From Amphiscolops sp. MND2022 (Eukaryota): a stretch of DNA of 64,000 nt. The notes beneath the pieces are model-generated. The model was not told the DNA's origin. It was given only the letters and a program-made list of their open reading frames with translations, and made no database searches. Position numbers and translations under genes: made by a program. The DNA lies in assembly GCA_964187785.1 (NCBI GenBank), contig OZ076409.1, forward strand, positions 65,102,001 to 65,166,000, read 5' to 3'. The stretch's first letter is position 1. Each line of letters opens with the position of its first letter. Below are positions 62,499-64,000 of this stretch, one piece after another.

Positions 62499-63690
62499 CA
62501 ATAGTGTAAGAAAAGAACTGAACCCTTATTTGTAAGAAATAATTTGGACTGCATGTAAACAGAGCTACATTAGCATTTCGCATGGGGATTTCGTTCATTC
62601 TCTATTTTACCCATGAATTTAAGGGATTGGAAGGACAAATTGAATGTCTAAGATAATGGGCATAACCCCTTTCAAAAACTACAGTACTGTGATTAAGAAA
62701 TCGTCCCCCTATGCGCGTTATCAACCAATAAGAATTGCTTATTTGCTCTCACTTTCAATTCTGATTGGCGCATCAAGTGAAATCTCATGCGCAGAAAGAA
62801 ACTTCTGCTATTTTCCCAGTTTTAGGAAGGTTTTTGAATTTTTTTCGAGATATTTTAAATTCATCAAATTGTGCAGATTGTTTAGAATTCAATGATACAT
62901 TTTTTGTTTCAAAAACATTCTAAATGAAAAAATAATCGCAGTTTTTCGCCGCGAAACCTCCAATTCTTATCTCAATACATAGAAGTCGATGAAATTTTAC
63001 CTTTCGAGCATGATATTTCGAAAACGGTTGATAATTTTTGAATTAAAAAAATATCCATAGATTCAGTAGATTTGTGCGAGTTATTTGAGCATAAAACTTG
63101 CCAAAAAACATGTGGGTAACCGGGTCAAAAATTGGAAAAACGGAAAAATGTCCCAAATTTGCTCAAAATTAGCTATATGTAACTTTCTCAATTTTTGTCC
63201 CACAAAAATTATAAAATCACTAATATAAACTAGTTAAAATTCTAAGAAACTTTTGTTTCTGAAGTTTTTCAAAATTCTCAACAGATTTCGAGAAAATTGA
63301 GCCTGAAATCGCCCCGGGGGACGTTTTCTTAATCACAGTACTGTATATAATACCAATTATCTTGATGTAAAATAGTTGAATGGCTTCAGTAAATGAAGAA
63401 AGTACCTGACAAATAAACACAAGTTCCAAATTAGGTGCCAAATGTTACAAAATTGTCCAAAATGATGTCCCATATGCCAATTCAGTAGTAAATTTACTTC
63501 TTGCAATTCAGTACTTGCAAATAATTAGGAAGTTTCTTCATTATTTGCAAACCTACAAGTGCCCAACAAAATCTTAGAATGTTTGTTTATTTGATTTTCA
63601 AATAACTTGGATGATGGCAGGAATCAGAGCTAGTTTTGTTTTGGTCCAATTTTTTTTGTACAAATAAAGGTTTTTTTTCTTACACTATTG
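62499..63690. mobile_element. Tc1/mariner-type MITE (outer)
   Basis: TIRs CAATAGTGTAAGAAAA / TTTTCTTACACTATTG flanked by TA on both sides; homologs at 19557 and 21077. Confidence 0.85.
62682..63343. mobile_element. Tc1/mariner-type MITE nested in the former
   Basis: TIRs CAGTACTGTGATTAAGAAA.CGTCCCC / GGGGACG.TTTCTTAATCACAGTACTG; TA flanks. Confidence 0.88.
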
Positions 63691-64000
63691 TACGGAATTA
63701 AGAAATAGCCTTTAAATTTCACGAGCAGACAATAGTTCACTGCCTCAGATCTCATATTCTAATACTTTTTCCCCAAACACGTTTTCCGCGAAATTAATAG
63801 AATGAAAGACGGGTAGATCAAAACAATCCTTTTTAATACTTCTGCTTTAGCAGGAATATTATTGAAATCTGGAAACGTGTACTTTTTTTTCAGAACAATT
63901 TTTCGGACGATCTGAATGTTTCGGATATTTTGTTTGGCAGTGAGTGTAAGCGAGAGAGCTGCCGAAGACAATTCAATTCTAGTGCGATGGAACGAGCGAG

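Overview
AT-rich eukaryotic (animal-like) repeat-dense DNA, almost entirely transposon-derived, with no prokaryotic features. (1) Element A, 2933-18764 (minus strand): a 15.8-kb Ty3/Gypsy-order LTR retrotransposon with 1.6-kb near-identical LTRs, a CATGC target-site duplication (TSD) and a -1 gag/pol slippery site. Its gag starts inside the LTR, an extra ORF runs across the PPT into the 3' LTR, and it carries an antisense, five-exon, ~1270-codon cargo gene that looks like a catalytically dead hAT-type transposase. (2) A ~823-bp satellite (~20 monomers, local dimer higher-order repeats, an ~8.6-9.2-kb tandem duplication) that appears to be the expanded interior of a Helentron-type non-autonomous element (~22794-59622). 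(3) Element B, 40650-58529 (plus strand), inserted in that satellite: a 17.9-kb retrovirus-like element with 401-bp LTRs, a TAAT TSD, a leader of covarying RNA hairpins, small membrane ORFs, a single-frame gag-pol, a gB/chuvirus-like class III envelope and several accessory ORFs, but no polypurine tract. (4) MITEs (one nested pair), HINE copies, a probable solo LTR, a CGGBP1-like hAT relic and a possible host exon. All family assignments come from motif recognition by eye; no searches were run.
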